Shown: positions 13,210-25,561 of the stretch, in pieces
How the letters are laid out: each line of letters begins with the position of its first letter
Position numbering within the stretch: the first letter of the stretch is position 1
Source: Octopus sinensis
Lineage: Eukaryota
NCBI RefSeq assembly: GCF_006345805.1
Contig: NC_043011.1
Location: 38,824,464 to 38,888,463 of the forward strand
Length of the DNA stretch: 64,000 nt
Reading direction: 5' to 3'
Position numbers and translations under genes: made by a program
The notes under the pieces: generated by a model
The model's input: only the letters and a program-made list of their open reading frames with translations
The model's database searches: none
What the model was told of the DNA's origin: nothing

Positions 13210-13531
13210 AAGAAGTAGAAGAAGAAGAAGAAGAAGAAGAAGAAGAAGAAGAAGGAGAAGAAGAAGGAAAAAGAAGAAGAAGGAAGAAGAAGAAGGAAGA
13301 AGAAAAAGAAGAAGAAGAAGAAGGAAGAAGGAAGAAGAAGAAGAAGGAAGAAGGAAGAAGGAAGAAGAAGAAGAAGAAGAAGAAGAAGGAAGAAGAAAAG
13401 AAGGAAGAAGAAGAAGGAAGAAGAAGGAAGAAGAAGAAGGAAGAAGAAGAAGAAGAAGAAGAAGAAGAAGAAGGAGAAGGAAGAAGAAGAAGGAGAAGGA
13501 AGAAGAAGAAGAAGAAGAAGAAGGAGAAGAA

Positions 13532-13578
<47 letters not shown>

Positions 13579-13582
13579 AGAA
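13210..13582. repeat. (GAA)n polypurine microsatellite
   Basis: Direct reading. Confidence 0.95.
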
Positions 13583-13623
13583 TTGGTATGAATGAAAGAT
13601 GGGCTACAGCATTGGTATGGACG

Positions 13624-14063
13624 ATGGGCTACAACAAATATTCTGCTCAATACCACAGATTTGCTTCTCAGTTGTTCAACCCTAACCAGATGAGCATGTC
13701 CCTTAGTGGCTGACGATATGTGCATCTCTGATCACAAGCAGAAGTAGTGGGGGAGCATCATAGCCATGTGTTGAGAGGGATTCTTTGGGGAAACATGAGT
13801 GTTTCGTTCAATATCCTTAAACAACCCTTATTCAGGGACCTTTTGAGCGAGATAGGTTACTCGACCAGAAGAAAATTCTAACTGGGCCCCACCTGCAAGG
13901 TCATGTGCTGTTTATCTTGATATGAGATCACTATGTCGCGCACATATGGTTGTGATGCATGTGCCTAGTGTACCCTTATCAGACGGGTAGTCATGATGGG
14001 TATACTGGGCATCGTATATTTTACCCCAGTGGCACTTTGATGGCATGCACTGCTCTCTCACTC
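13624..14063 (+). mobile_element. Unclassified retroposon 3' region ending in (AAT)n
   Basis: Other copies at 9230-9390(-) and 17885-18015(-). Ends ..GCATGCACTGCTCTCTCACTC-(AAT)n. Confidence 0.7.
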
Positions 14064-14103
<40 letters not shown>

Positions 14104-14131
14104 TAATAATAATAATAATAATAATAATGAT

Positions 14132-14545
14132 CATGCCTCCTCATTGATATGACTATCCCAACCGATATAAAGGTATCTATTAAGTGCTACCAAAATCTGA
14201 GCAAGTATAAAGATCTTGAAATAGAAATTAGCAAAATGTGGAACCTGAAGGTTAAAACAATACCTGTTGTCATAGGTGCCCTGGGAATGATAGCAAAAGG
14301 GGCTGATTGCTACCTAGCTCAGATACCAGGAAACCCAAAAATGGCAGAAATTCAAAAGATAGTGCTAATGGGAACTACCCATATCTTACGCAAAATACTT
14401 TATATGTAATCTCAAGTTTTAAAACAAACACAATTTTCTTATGGTTTCTTAAACATTCCCTAGAACAATACTATGTACAAAACCAAATATATGGCACCCT
14501 AGGCATAACACCAACATGAACTTCCAACTTGTTGTCTCTTGAGCT
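14132..14545 (+). mobile_element. R4/Dong-clade non-LTR retrotransposon 3' fragment (restriction-like endonuclease C-terminus and 3' UTR)
   Basis: LIDMTIPTD..SKYKDLEIEISKMWNLKVKTIPVVIGALG..IQKIVLMGTTHILRKIL; preceded by (AAT)n. Confidence 0.9.
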
Positions 14546-15282
14546 CTCTGGCTAAGAAGCTCAGGAGTCAAAGGAGAGATTGAAGGCTTTTTAACTGTAG
14601 CACAAGTCCAAATTACCAAAAACATAATGAAAAGAAACATAACAACTGCAGGATATGTGGAGATGGACAAGAAACAATAAACTGTATTGTCTCTGGATGC
14701 CCAGTCCTGGCTAAGAAGGAATATATTCCCAGACACGACAGAGTTGGGACCTACATACACTGGAAGCTATGCCAACACTATGGAATAACAACAGAAAAAA
14801 GATGATATAGGCACACGTCAGAAGAGGTCACAGAAAATGAGAATGCAACAATACTATGGGATATGCCAATACACACAGAGAAATTAAGACCAATAGGCCA
14901 GATATAGTTGTCAGAGATCATGAAGAAGACAATAATTTCTAATTGATGTATCTCTAAAAGAAATGGAAAAACTTTCAAAATACAAAGACCTGAACATAAA
15001 AGTAACTCGAATGTGGAGTCTGAAAACATAAACAATTCTTATCATAGTGGGCGCATCAGGTAAGATAAAAAAATATTCAAATACATAACAAAAGCACCAG
15101 GTCTAACAAATTTATATAACATACAGAAAATAGCACTACTAGGAACTGCACACATCCAAAGTAAAATACTTTCAATACAGTAACCATCAGAGCATCACAG
15201 CAAACTACAGCACATACGCAAGACACACAGAGCTGCGCTTAGCAGGGCAGTGAAAGCACGTGATAAAAATAAAACCACTGAA
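14546..15282 (+). mobile_element. R4/Dong-clade retrotransposon 3' fragment, second family (CCHC knuckle and RLE)
   Basis: CRICGDGQETIN.IVSGCPVLAKKEYI.RHDRVG..HWKLC..ILWDMPIHT..NRPDIVV..SKYKDL..IQKIALLGTAHI; 3' UTR runs into (AAT)n. Confidence 0.9.
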
Positions 15283-15335
15283 TGATAATAATAATAATAA
15301 TAATAATAAATAATAATAATAAAATAATAATAATA

Positions 15336-15403
<68 letters not shown>

Positions 15404-15414
15404 TAATAATAATA

Positions 15415-15449
<35 letters not shown>

Positions 15450-15451
<2 letters not shown>

Positions 15452-15990
15452 CATATAATGAAAAGAAACGTAACAAGTAAATGCAGAATATGTGGAGATG
15501 GACAAGAAACAATAAATCATATTATCTCTGGCTGCCCAGTCCTGGCTAAGAAGGATTATATTCACAGACACGACAGAGTTGGGACCTACATACACTGGAA
15601 GCTACGCTAACACTATGGAATAACAATAGAAAAAAAGATGGTATAGGCACAGGCCAAAAAAGGTCACAGAAAATTAGAAAGCAAAAATACTATGGGATAT
15701 GCCAATACACACAGGTAGAGAAATTAAGGCCAACAGACCAGATATCGTTGTCAGAGATCATGAAGAAAAAAATGCTTTCTAATTGATGTATCAATACCAG
15801 CAGATGACAACGTATCTCTAAAAGAAATAGAGAAACTTTCAAAATACAAAGACCTTGAAATAGAGGTAACCAGAATGTGGAATCTAAAAACAGAAACAAT
15901 TCCTATCATAGTAGGTGCATTAGGCATGATAAAAAATATTCAGACAAATGCATAACAAAAACACCAGGACTTACAAACACATATAACATG
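15450..15990 (+). mobile_element. Third R4/Dong-clade fragment (same family as 14546-15282)
   Basis: KCRICGDGQETINHIISGCPVLAKKDYIHRHDRVG..REIKANRPDIVVRDHEEK..LIDVSIPADDNVSLKEIEKLSKYKDLEIEVTRMW. Confidence 0.9.
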
Positions 15991-16059
15991 TATCACAGAC
16001 ACGTCCAACTAACAATATATCTGTACCTGTGCAGAAAGTATATCACGAAACGTCAGTAT

Positions 16060-16860
16060 ATTTCCTTCGCCTTTTGTAGAAGTACCAGGTCTTGTATCTC
16101 TGGAAATTGCTTCAAATCTCTGGCCTGAAAGCCCTCGAGAAGATACAATTCTGTTCTTCCCATAATGACATCAGTATCTCTCAAAAGCTTTGTCACTTAT
16201 GCCCAGCGCAAACCTTTTCCCATATAGCGTTGACATCAAACCAGCTGCTTTTTATAAGTCTTAGAGGAGTGTAAAACGCCTGATGTCAAGCGTCCAGTGT
16301 TGGCCTTATCTTAACTCAGAACTGCAACTGCATCAAAAGGACTGACTACACGAAAACACCCCTAGCATCGACTGAGAATATCCATAAATATTACTGCTTC
16401 AGTGAATACTTGCTCTTCCTCAGTCACAGCATTCTGGGCCCTCCGGCAAAGAGTATAGGAAGCAGATTGGCCACCTGAGTGGTGAAACGAATCAATTCCC
16501 TAAAACGTGAAATGGGACCAGAAATGACGTTTAAGTGGCAAATGAATAATGGAAGCGATGTAAGCATTCTCCATTTCTGGGTAAGATTAGCCAGCCCACT
16601 CATAACCACATCCGAGTTCTTATCAATCTGGAGGTCCACTCCAAATCAAAGCCCCAACAACTTAACCAGTGAGATATGCTGGCCATCATGGCTTCGTCTT
16701 ACCAGATGAAAGCCCATTGACTCATTTTACTTGAGACGTCTTCTTGTTACCAACACACCTTTCAATATGGTATTGATTCACTTTTAGAGGCGTCTGACAC
16801 ATCACGGTGAAGTCCGCTTATACTGGCACACTATTCCCGTATCAGAGTTGAGCAGGATAC
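16060..16860 (-). pseudogene. Highly decayed Tx1/L1-clade reverse transcriptase C-terminal region
   Basis: Minus strand gives V*AD.FTV (YADD relic), VKLLGL*FGVDLQIDKN..LTQKW, AGGPRM and NFQRYKTWYFY, in the expected order. Confidence 0.6.
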
Positions 16861-16956
16861 TCACTCCATAAGCCATCGGCGTAGACATCCAGTGTATTTC
16901 CTCTCCAAATGGGTCGGAGGAAATGCAGCTCCAAAAATTTCCATTTGCCCAGGATC

Positions 16957-17202
16957 GTAGCTCGGTGTTCTACACCTCTACCATCTGATACAATAAAACA
17001 TTTTCCCCCTCCCTTGCATCTATGAACATGCGCCTTAGCTATGAAACTACAACTGGGATCGACTTGCATGAATACAATCCGGTCAGTCTATCAAAAATAG
17101 AATTGTAGCTTGATCAGTGTTCTGCACCTCTACCATCCGATTCGATACATCTTTCCTACCTTTGCATTTATGAGCATGCGCCTTAGCTACGACACTACAG
17201 CC
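16957..17202. repeat. Diverged tandem duplication, ~148-bp period
   Basis: GTGTTCT.CACCTCTACCATC..TTGCAT.TATGA.CATGCGCCTTAGCTA occurs twice. Confidence 0.8.
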
Positions 17203-17667
17203 ATCGCGTTACGCGTTAGCTAAATATTTGAAGTTTATTCTCACGATTAGTTCATATTCCGATATTTTCCTAATTACTCTTCTATTTAATTCACTAGTAT
17301 TCCTTCTAATCAATTTATCTCTATCGAAACTTCTTTCTGTAATCGCTTCTCTTAGCGCAACAGCCCACCGGCTGTTGACGAACCCGCCCCCACCCACCCG
17401 GTCAATTACCTACCACAAAATTAAATTACTAATAGAGTTACTGTAGTCTTGATACTCAGTTGCGACTGCGGTTGGTACATTTGGGAAATTAAGTCCGTAT
17501 CTATCAGAGAGATGGAACTAAGATGGTGAGCAACGTTTTTATGTCATCTTTTCGGTCGTCTAACTCAACACTGTCTCATGATGGGCAACAATGACATTCA
17601 AAATTTCTTCCGAAAAAGCTTCTAGATAGCTGAAAAAAAAACTGGTTTCTCTGAGTCAATTAAGACA

Positions 17668-17880
17668 GTGAACTGGCAAAGTTGTTAGCACGCTCGGCAA
17701 AATGCTTAACGGCATTTCGTCTGCTTTAACGTTCTGAGTTCAAATTACGTCAAGACCGACTATGCCTTTCATCCTTTTGAAGCCGATAAAACAAGTACCA
17801 GTTAAAAACTGGAGTTGATATAATCGACTAGATATCGCCCATAAAATTTCCGGCTTTGTTTATATAGCAGAAAATATTAT
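17668..17880 (+). mobile_element. SINE family B with alternative (B2) tail; other degenerate B2 copies at ~12985-13198(-), 24850-25055(+), 39010-39215(+), 45900-46090(-), 46241-46455(-), 63235-63370(-)
   Basis: Same head and Nin-like core as the arrays, with the tail ..AAATT..GGCCTTGTGCC.. Confidence 0.8.
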
Positions 17881-18015
17881 TATTGTTATTGAGTGGGAGA
17901 GCAGCGCATGCCATCAAAGTGACACTAAGAGACAAACATACAAAGCCCAAGATACTCGTCATGACTACCCGTCTGATAAGGGTACACCAGGGGCATGCAT
18001 CACAACCATATGTGC

Positions 18016-18776
18016 ATATAAATGTTTGTGTGTGTATGCGTGTGCGTAAACATTTCTATCTACACATATGCATGTAAGTGCGCGTGTGTGTAAATGCATG
18101 TGTATATATCTATATATGTATGTATATATATATAAATTCATATATATATATATAGTATTACATACAAATAAAAGGGAATTTTACCACTATGTGGAAACCC
18201 GTATGCTAGAAGAAGATCCGCTATGGTCTTAACCACTAAGAATTGTTGTCTAGAAAATTTAGCAAACACTAGAAACGTAAACGAGCAAGACAGATGAAAA
18301 GTACCAAAAATATAGATTAATCATAAATAATTGTTTCACTATCAACAAATTACGTAATTTTACTTACATAATTTATCTGTAGATCTTCAGTATGATCGTC
18401 CATACAAATATAATTTGCAGAACTACACACCAGATATCAAACGAGGTCGAAACATTTGTTTATGATCAATCTATATTTTTGTTACTTTCCATCTGTCTTG
18501 CTCGCTTACGTTTCTGGTGTTTGCTGAATTTTCTAGAGAACAATTCTTAGTGGTTAAGACCATAGCGGATCTTCTTCTAACATAAGGGTTTCCACATAGT
18601 GGTAAAATTCCCTCTTATATGTATGTAATACTATATATATATATATATATATATGAATTTATATATATACATACATATATAGATATATACACAGGCATTT
18701 ACACACACGCGCACTTACATGCATATGTGTGGATAGAAATGTTCACGCACACGCATACACACACAAACATTTATAT
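18016..18776. repeat. Long inverted repeat (arms 18016-18337 and 18449-18776) of a Penelope-like tail plus microsatellite
   Basis: The arms are reverse complements over ~320 bp, e.g. GGGAATTTTACCACTATGTGGAAACCC / GGGTTTCCACATAGTGGTAAAATTCCC. Confidence 0.93.
18319..18397 (-). ncRNA. Type-I hammerhead ribozyme motif with a long stem II
   Basis: GATCATA-CTGAAGA-[~46-nt hairpin]-GAAAC-AATT-ATT-TATGATT. The opposite arm keeps GAAAC-ATTT-GTT-TATGATC, so the consensus has loop AATT and cleavage triplet GUU. Confidence 0.75.
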
Positions 18777-18849
18777 ACATACATATATATGTGTGTGTGT
18801 ATGTATGTATGTATGCATGTATGTATATATGCATGTATGTATGTTTCTA

Positions 18850-19243
18850 TGGCGAACAGTCCATATTTGAAAGTTTTGGTTTTCTTCCGAAGTTTTGTTT
18901 CGACGAGGCTTTTTTCCTCTTTCTCAACAGTTGTCATTACTTTCGGGACAGTACTTCTTGATACACCAAACATTTCGGCTATTTTCTTTACGGTAGCGAC
19001 TGCCATACGAGCACGAACAATTTGATCTCTTTGACAATCCCATAGATCTGTCATTTTAATGAATTTTAATTACCTTTTTCTGATGATATCTGAAAAGAAA
19101 CAGCAATTTTAGCAAAGCAAATTAGCTGACACTAATAATAAATAAAAAAACATAAAAATAAACAAGATTCCTTACGGTTTTATAGATATTTCAAAATTAT
19201 GATTCTATAATGCTAGGTGTTTCCATTATTTTGTCCAACCCTG
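18850..19243 (-). mobile_element. Tc1-like transposon 5' end with transposase N-terminus
   Basis: TIR TA-CAGGGTTGGACAAAATAATGGAAACACCT; protein MTDLWDCQRDQIVRARMAVATVKKIAEMFGVSRSTVPKVMTTVEKE. Confidence 0.88.
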
Positions 19244-19694
19244 TATGTACAGGATTATAACTGATGGTAGGACAAGATAAATGGTATAATTTCGTGTTGC
19301 TTATCCCATTTACTAGAATCATGCATAAAGAAAAACAACACAGATCAAGTTACGTTACCTCAGGCGTTGGCCATTTTCCTGAAAGGTCACTTCCGGTTTC
19401 GAAAATTAAGTTGGAAAATGTGTAAATGTAAAGCAGCGAGTCACAGTGACATTTTCGCTTATAAGTATTTAATTATAATGCTTATGACAACAAAATGTAA
19501 AGATCATACAGCTATATCAAGTTCATATGTAAATAATTATGTACGCGCGTGTTAACTATGTAATGGTTTTGTCAACGGAAACTTAGACGTCACTCGCAAG
19601 TGAGTATGACAATCTTATACATACGCATATATATATATTTATGATATATATATATAATATATTATATATATATATATACACCATAAGTATATAT

Positions 19695-19743
<49 letters not shown>

Positions 19744-20056
19744 CATATATATATAAATACACACATATATATACACATATATATATACATACATACAACA
19801 CACATATATATATATACATACATAATATATATATATATATACATATATATATTTTAATACATACCTATTTATATATACATATATATTATTTTATACATAC
19901 CTATTTATATATATACATATATATATTTATATACATATATATATTTATATATATACATATATATAGAGATTTAGGATTAAATCAAATTTCACAGTATAAA
20001 TATAAATTAAATTAGAGATAAAACCACTATTAGGCAACTGAGTTATATATATATAT

Positions 20057-20133
<77 letters not shown>

Positions 20134-20249
20134 GAGTATATATATATATATATAATATATGTATATATATATATTATATATATATTATAATATGTATATA
20201 TATATATATATTATAATATATATTATATATATATATGTATATATATATG

Positions 20250-20407
<158 letters not shown>

Positions 20408-20420
20408 TTCCGAATAATAC

Positions 20421-21405
20421 ATCAGTTGAATAAAGTTAAAATGGTCTGGTTTTCACGTTATTTTAATGGTACTTCAACTTTAAAAAAATATTTTGTAATC
20501 TTCATAAAGTTCAATTAGTGTTTTCATACTTTCGTAGTAATGAGCAGATTTCAAAATTTAACTGACAGGTGAGTTCTGAGCTACTATAGTACCTCTTAGA
20601 ACATTCAAACAAACTGAATTTTTTGAATACGGTTTTGACCAATCCGCACGCATCTTAAACGTCATGTTTTTCCGGGCATACCGATATTCTGTAATTTGTC
20701 TATATTCATATGTTAAAGATGTTTTTCAATCCAATCCACATCATTAACTGGTTGGTATATTATTGTAGCTATTTCCGTTCAGAACGGGTTTGAATATTTT
20801 AATAAACCGCTTTTCTTTTATCTTTGTTCCAACCTCTCTTGTGTCATGTAATTTGTGGAAAGGTAAAATTAGAAACATTTTCTGACCACGTTTCTATATG
20901 TTCGCTTATTGGAATTTGGTGAACATTGGTGTGGTGGATTTGTCGTTTCTGGACTCGTGAGCGTTCTGATAATGCATTCCCTGTCTCGCCTATACACAGT
21001 CTCTCACAATTCGGGAATTTAATGCGGTAGACCATATTTCTGCTTTTGCAGTTCATATCTGCATTTGCGAAAATCTGTCCATTCTTTCTTCTAATGGATC
21101 TACCAGTATGAATGTATTTATACATTCCACATCTGTTATCATTACACTTGGATACTGTGAATGTCTGAGTTGCATGCTGATTGGTCAAAACCGTATTCCA
21201 AAAATTCAACTTGTTGGTGCGTTCTAATAGGTACTATATTTATCGAGAATGCAACTGTCAGTTAAATGCATTTCGAAATCTGATGATTGCTACGAAAGTA
21301 CGAAGGCGCCAATTGAACTTTATGAACATTACAAAATGTTTAATACTAAAATACCATAATAAAAAACGTGAAAACCAGACCATATTTTCACTTTATTCAA
21401 CTGAT
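20421..21405 (-). mobile_element. 5'-truncated Penelope-like element (probably Neptune type): GIY-YIG fragment between inverted pLTR arms (20421-20664 and 21158-21405)
   Basis: SKCNDNRCGM.KYIHTG..MNCKSRNMVYRIKFPNCERLCIGETG..PISEHI, then KIKEKRFIKIFKPVLN at ~20770-20830. Both outer ends read TTTATTCAACTGAT into (TA)n. Confidence 0.88.
21277..21314 (+). ncRNA. Degenerate minimal hammerhead motif in the pLTR arm (partner at 20513-20550, minus strand)
   Basis: The two arms together give the consensus AAT-CTGATGA-T-TACT-ACGAA-AGTA-T-GAAA-GCGC-TA-ATT; each copy has mutations. Confidence 0.55.
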
Positions 21406-21449
21406 ATATATGAGTGTGTATATATATATATATATATATATCTGCCTTT

Positions 21450-21712
21450 ATTCTGTTATCTGTTTCAGTCATTTGACTGCGGCCATGCTGGAGCACCGCC
21501 TTTAGCCGAAGTGATCGACCCCAGCACTTATTCTTTTTAAGCCTAGTAATTACTTTATCGGTCTCTTTTCCTGAATCGTTAAGTTAAGGGACGTAAACAC
21601 ACCAACATTGGTTTCAAGCAATGATGAACACACACAAACATACAAATACGTCTACCAAATCCACCCACAAGGCTTTGGTCGGCCCGAAACTATAGAAGAA
21701 GACGCTTGTCCA
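21450..21712 (-). mobile_element. SINE family A, partial; other partial copies at 36938-37212(+) and 44745-45215(-)
   Basis: Similar to 29765-30171. Confidence 0.85.
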
Positions 21713-21986
21713 AGCGTGTGTGTATATAAAGATATAAAAAGTTATTATTGGACAATATACTTCTTAGGCTCTGCCAATACAAATACACTTGGTTGATAAA
21801 ACGCTTTTGGAATGGCATAGAACCCCATATCATTCTAAAGCGAGATCCGAAGTGATATCCATCACCAGTCGACTTTGTAAATCCGTGGTTGCTTCACCAA
21901 GTTGATATAGTGCGTTTTCACAGAGGGATAAACAAGAAAAAGGCAAAAATAATCGGATTTATAAATGTACTTATATGTGCATTCTA

Positions 21987-22097
21987 GACTTACAGCTGTT
22001 TCTTATATACATTTTAGGCGCGTTCATGTTTCTGGCAAGTCATTCGATCGATTGGAAAACGTGAACGACCGTTAAAAGTGTTATCGTCTTTAGAGTC
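21987..22097 (-). ncRNA. Hammerhead motif with a very long stem II, core mutated
   Basis: GACT-CTAAAGA-[~84 nt with CGTTCACGTTTT/GAAACATGAACG pairing]-GAAAC-AGCT-GTA-AGTC; G5 is changed to A. Confidence 0.6.
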
Positions 22098-22926
22098 AGA
22101 AGATCATGTGAAGATATTAACCGAAAGCAAAACCAACAAAAATATGGAAAGGGGAGTATAGAGGAAAGAAAAACAGAAAAGGAGAAAGAGGAAGAAAGAG
22201 GAAGAAAAAGAGAGAAGAAACCAGGAAATAAAGGAAAGTGAAGAGAAGGAAGCTGATCAGAATTCTTTGTATAAGGAACTAGGTTACCCTTTTTTAGCCA
22301 TTAGCCTTAGTCTATTGTTGTCTGTTAACAGGATTGAATGGCATCAACAAAGTGTTTTGGAATTTAACACCCACCTATTCCTATAGTGGTTATCTTTTTG
22401 TGAAATCTTACGATATCAAGATCATTACTCTGTAAATTACTATTGTATATGGTTGTTCTTAAATGGTGTTTTGTTAAGATGTGTTTATCAAAGGTAGCTT
22501 ATTTTTCCTAGCCATTCAAATCGCGTAGTGCGGGAAATTAAATTAGACGTTTAAAATAAAAAATAAAATAGTAAAAAATGTAAAGGGATTGGGAGTTAAG
22601 AAAATTAAATTAGACTTCGATACAATAGAGTGAAATAAAATTATAAAATATACAAGAATTAAAAAATAATAAGATAAAGTAAAAAATTAAACAAATAGTA
22701 TACAAAGAATGGAGTAAACAGGATAATATTCAGAGAAGTACGGGGCATAATCAGGTACAGAGAGAGAAATATTTATTTATCGCCATTTAAATGTTGATGT
22801 TTTGTTAGAACAAGCTATACTGCGGTAGTTGCCATGAGAGAACCTCTGACAGGCTTTTGGTGAAAAGTGCACAATTGATAATATTGCCAGCGGGGAGACA
22901 AAGCCCCGCTATCTCCATCGTCGAGA

Positions 22927-22973
22927 CCACCAGATCACGTCATTTCGACCTGCCTTAGTTTCGTCAATGATGG
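22927..22973 (-). ncRNA. Degenerate hammerhead motif at the tip of a long inverted repeat (22882-23026)
   Basis: CCATCA-TTGACGA-AACTAAGGCAGGTC-GAAAT-GACGTG-ATC-TGGTGG; 6-bp stem I with one G.U pair, AUC cleavage triplet. Confidence 0.55.
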
Positions 22974-23491
22974 ATACACTCGAATGCTAGAGACAACAGC
23001 GATTCATCTCCCCACCAGCAATATCTAGGAAAACGACTGTTAAAAGTTATATATATATATATTCTCTCTCTCATTCATCTACCTCATCTACCCGCTATAT
23101 AATCCCGTGCACAGATAAGTTTGAATGCCTATTTTCACTCCTAGACTGATCATACATGTTTCTCTATCTATCTAACTATTTTATCTGATTTCTATCTATT
23201 TTGTCTGATTTGTTTATTTCTCCTCTCGTTATATGATCGACCTTCGTGTATCGCGGTGCACCCGCCCTGCCCACCCCCACCACCAATACCGGATATCTCT
23301 CTCCATCTATACCGGATGTCGCTTCTCCCACCACCATTATAGGTGTCTTCTCTTCGAACCCCCCTCTTCAATACGCTATTTTACCATGCATTACCCCTCT
23401 CTTGATATCCTACCTTCTACTTGCCTACAACCTGTCATCATTTCTCTGAACCACCCTCCCCACTGGTGCTCCCCTATATTCCTGCACCCCC

Positions 23492-23745
23492 CCCCACATA
23501 AAAAGCACCATCCGAACGTGGCCGATGCCAGACCCCTCTGGCACCTGTGCAGGTGGCACGTAAAAAGCACCCACTACACTCGCGGAGTGGTTGGCGTTAG
23601 GAAGGGCATCCAGCTGTAGAAACACTGCCAGACCAGACTGGAGCCTGGGGCAGTCCCTAGCTCCCCAGACCCCGGTCGAAACCGTCCAACCCGTGCTAGC
23701 GCGGAAAACGGACGTTAAACGATGATGATGATGATGATGATGATA
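23492..23745 (+). mobile_element. Retroposon 3' end (RTE-associated LINE/SINE type) with a (GAT)n tail
   Basis: GGAGTGGTTGGCGTTAGGAAGGGCATCCAGCTGTAGAAAC..GGACGTTAAAC(GAT)n. Confidence 0.75.
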
Positions 23746-24440
23746 TGAGCGACAGAGGTGGTATTAATACTAAGGGGTAATATTTATCCCAACTTAAACG
23801 TGGAAGTTGAAACAAATTTTACTGCAGCAGGTAACATGAGAGAAACTCTTATATTGGCTTTTGCAAGACGGGTTCTACATAGTTTCCGGTTACCAAATGT
23901 CACTAAAATGCTTTCATTGACCCAAAGTTATAGTGAAAAGGAAAGAAAAAAAAAACCAGATGGACGCTTACTTTTAGAATCGAACCTGACGACAGTTTTC
24001 GTGAAACAGACATCTTAACCAGACAGCCGCGTCTAACAATATATCTAGGATCGTATATGCTTGCTATTGTTTGTTGATATTCGCACTAAAAGTTAAATCG
24101 GTTTATTGTATTTATACACATTCTACAAAACGAGTCCGTTAAGAAAACAAAACGCTTGTATGTATGGTTTATATGACAATGAAAACAATAATACATCATA
24201 TATTTTCTGCTGCGACATTTATTTTTCTTTTCTATTCTCCAGATAATATATTCTTAAAGATATAACTTCTATAAACGTATGCTGCAGAAAGAAACACACT
24301 GCTTTTTTTTTTTTTTTTATAATTTTCCATTGCAGCATTTGTCTTCAGTGTTGTGTTTATTCTGTTATTGGTTTTATTTCTTTTTTTGCTACATATATTT
24401 TATCTTTTTGCCTTTGAATATTTTTAGGACAGCTAAAGCA

Positions 24441-25055
24441 TCGAGTTGGCAGAATCGTTAGCACGCCGGGCGAAATTCGTAGCCGTATTTCGTCTGCCGT
24501 TACGTTCTGAGTTCAAATTCCGTGCAGGTCGACTTTGCCTTTCATACTTTCGGGTTCGATAAATTAAGTACCAGTTACTCACTGGGGTCGATATAATCGA
24601 CTTAATCCTTGTGTCTGTCCCTGTTTGTCCTCTCTGTGTTTAGCCCCTTGTGGGTAGTAAAGAAATAGGTATTTCGTTTGTCTTTACGTTCCGAGTTCAA
24701 ATTCCGCCGAGGTCGACTTTGCCTTTCATCTCTTCGGGTTCGATAAATTAAGTACCAGTTACGCACTGGGGTCGATGTAATCGACTTAATCACTTTGTCT
24801 GTCCTTGTTTGTCCCCTCTATCTTTAGCCCCTGTGGGCAATAAAGAAATAAGAATCATTAGAACGCTCAAAAAAATGTTTGCGGCATTTCGTCGGTTTTC
24901 ATGTTCTAAGTTTAAATTCCGCCGAGGTCGACTTTGCCTTTCACGCTTTCGGGGTCGATGAAATAAGTACCAACTGAGCACTGGAATCGCTCTACTTCTG
25001 ATGACTTACTCCCTCTCCTAAAATTGCTGGCCTTGTGCCAAAACTTGAAATCAAC
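24441..25055 (+). repeat. SINE B tandem: two B1 units (junction at 24668) followed by a B2 copy
   Basis: Junction AAGAAATA|GGTATTTCG, then AAGAAATA|AGAATC.. Confidence 0.9.
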
Positions 25056-25561
25056 ATTTTTATATCAGTTAAAGCGATGAGGGGGCAGAATCGTTAGCGT
25101 GTCGGGCAAAATGCAGAGCTGCATATCTACTTGCGCAGTGGAACTAAACCGGAAACAACTTAACTGTAAAGTGAACCGCTTAACCACATAGCCATGTCGC
25201 GCCTTCAAAGAAATTCTTCGCACAAAAAGAGAATCATGATCCAAAATGTCTCCTTCCGATCGCTGAGAACACTTGCCATAAAACAGGCTTCTAGTCCTTT
25301 CGCCTCTAATAGGTTTTGGCTACTCAGGGTTAACATCTGATTGTTGATTCGGCAATGACCCTCAAAAATCTAAATCCACCCACTTCTGTTCTGAAATGGC
25401 TGTCTACCTCGTTTATATTATGGCTTGATAACCCGGAGGAAGGGTTGTATCTTGTTTAAGTGAGATCGATCAAGGGAGAGGAGGACTTAGAGAGGGTTAA
25501 GGAGTAAATTAGACATGTAGAAAGGTGAGAGTGACAAATACGGAATGGTTCGTCCGTATTA

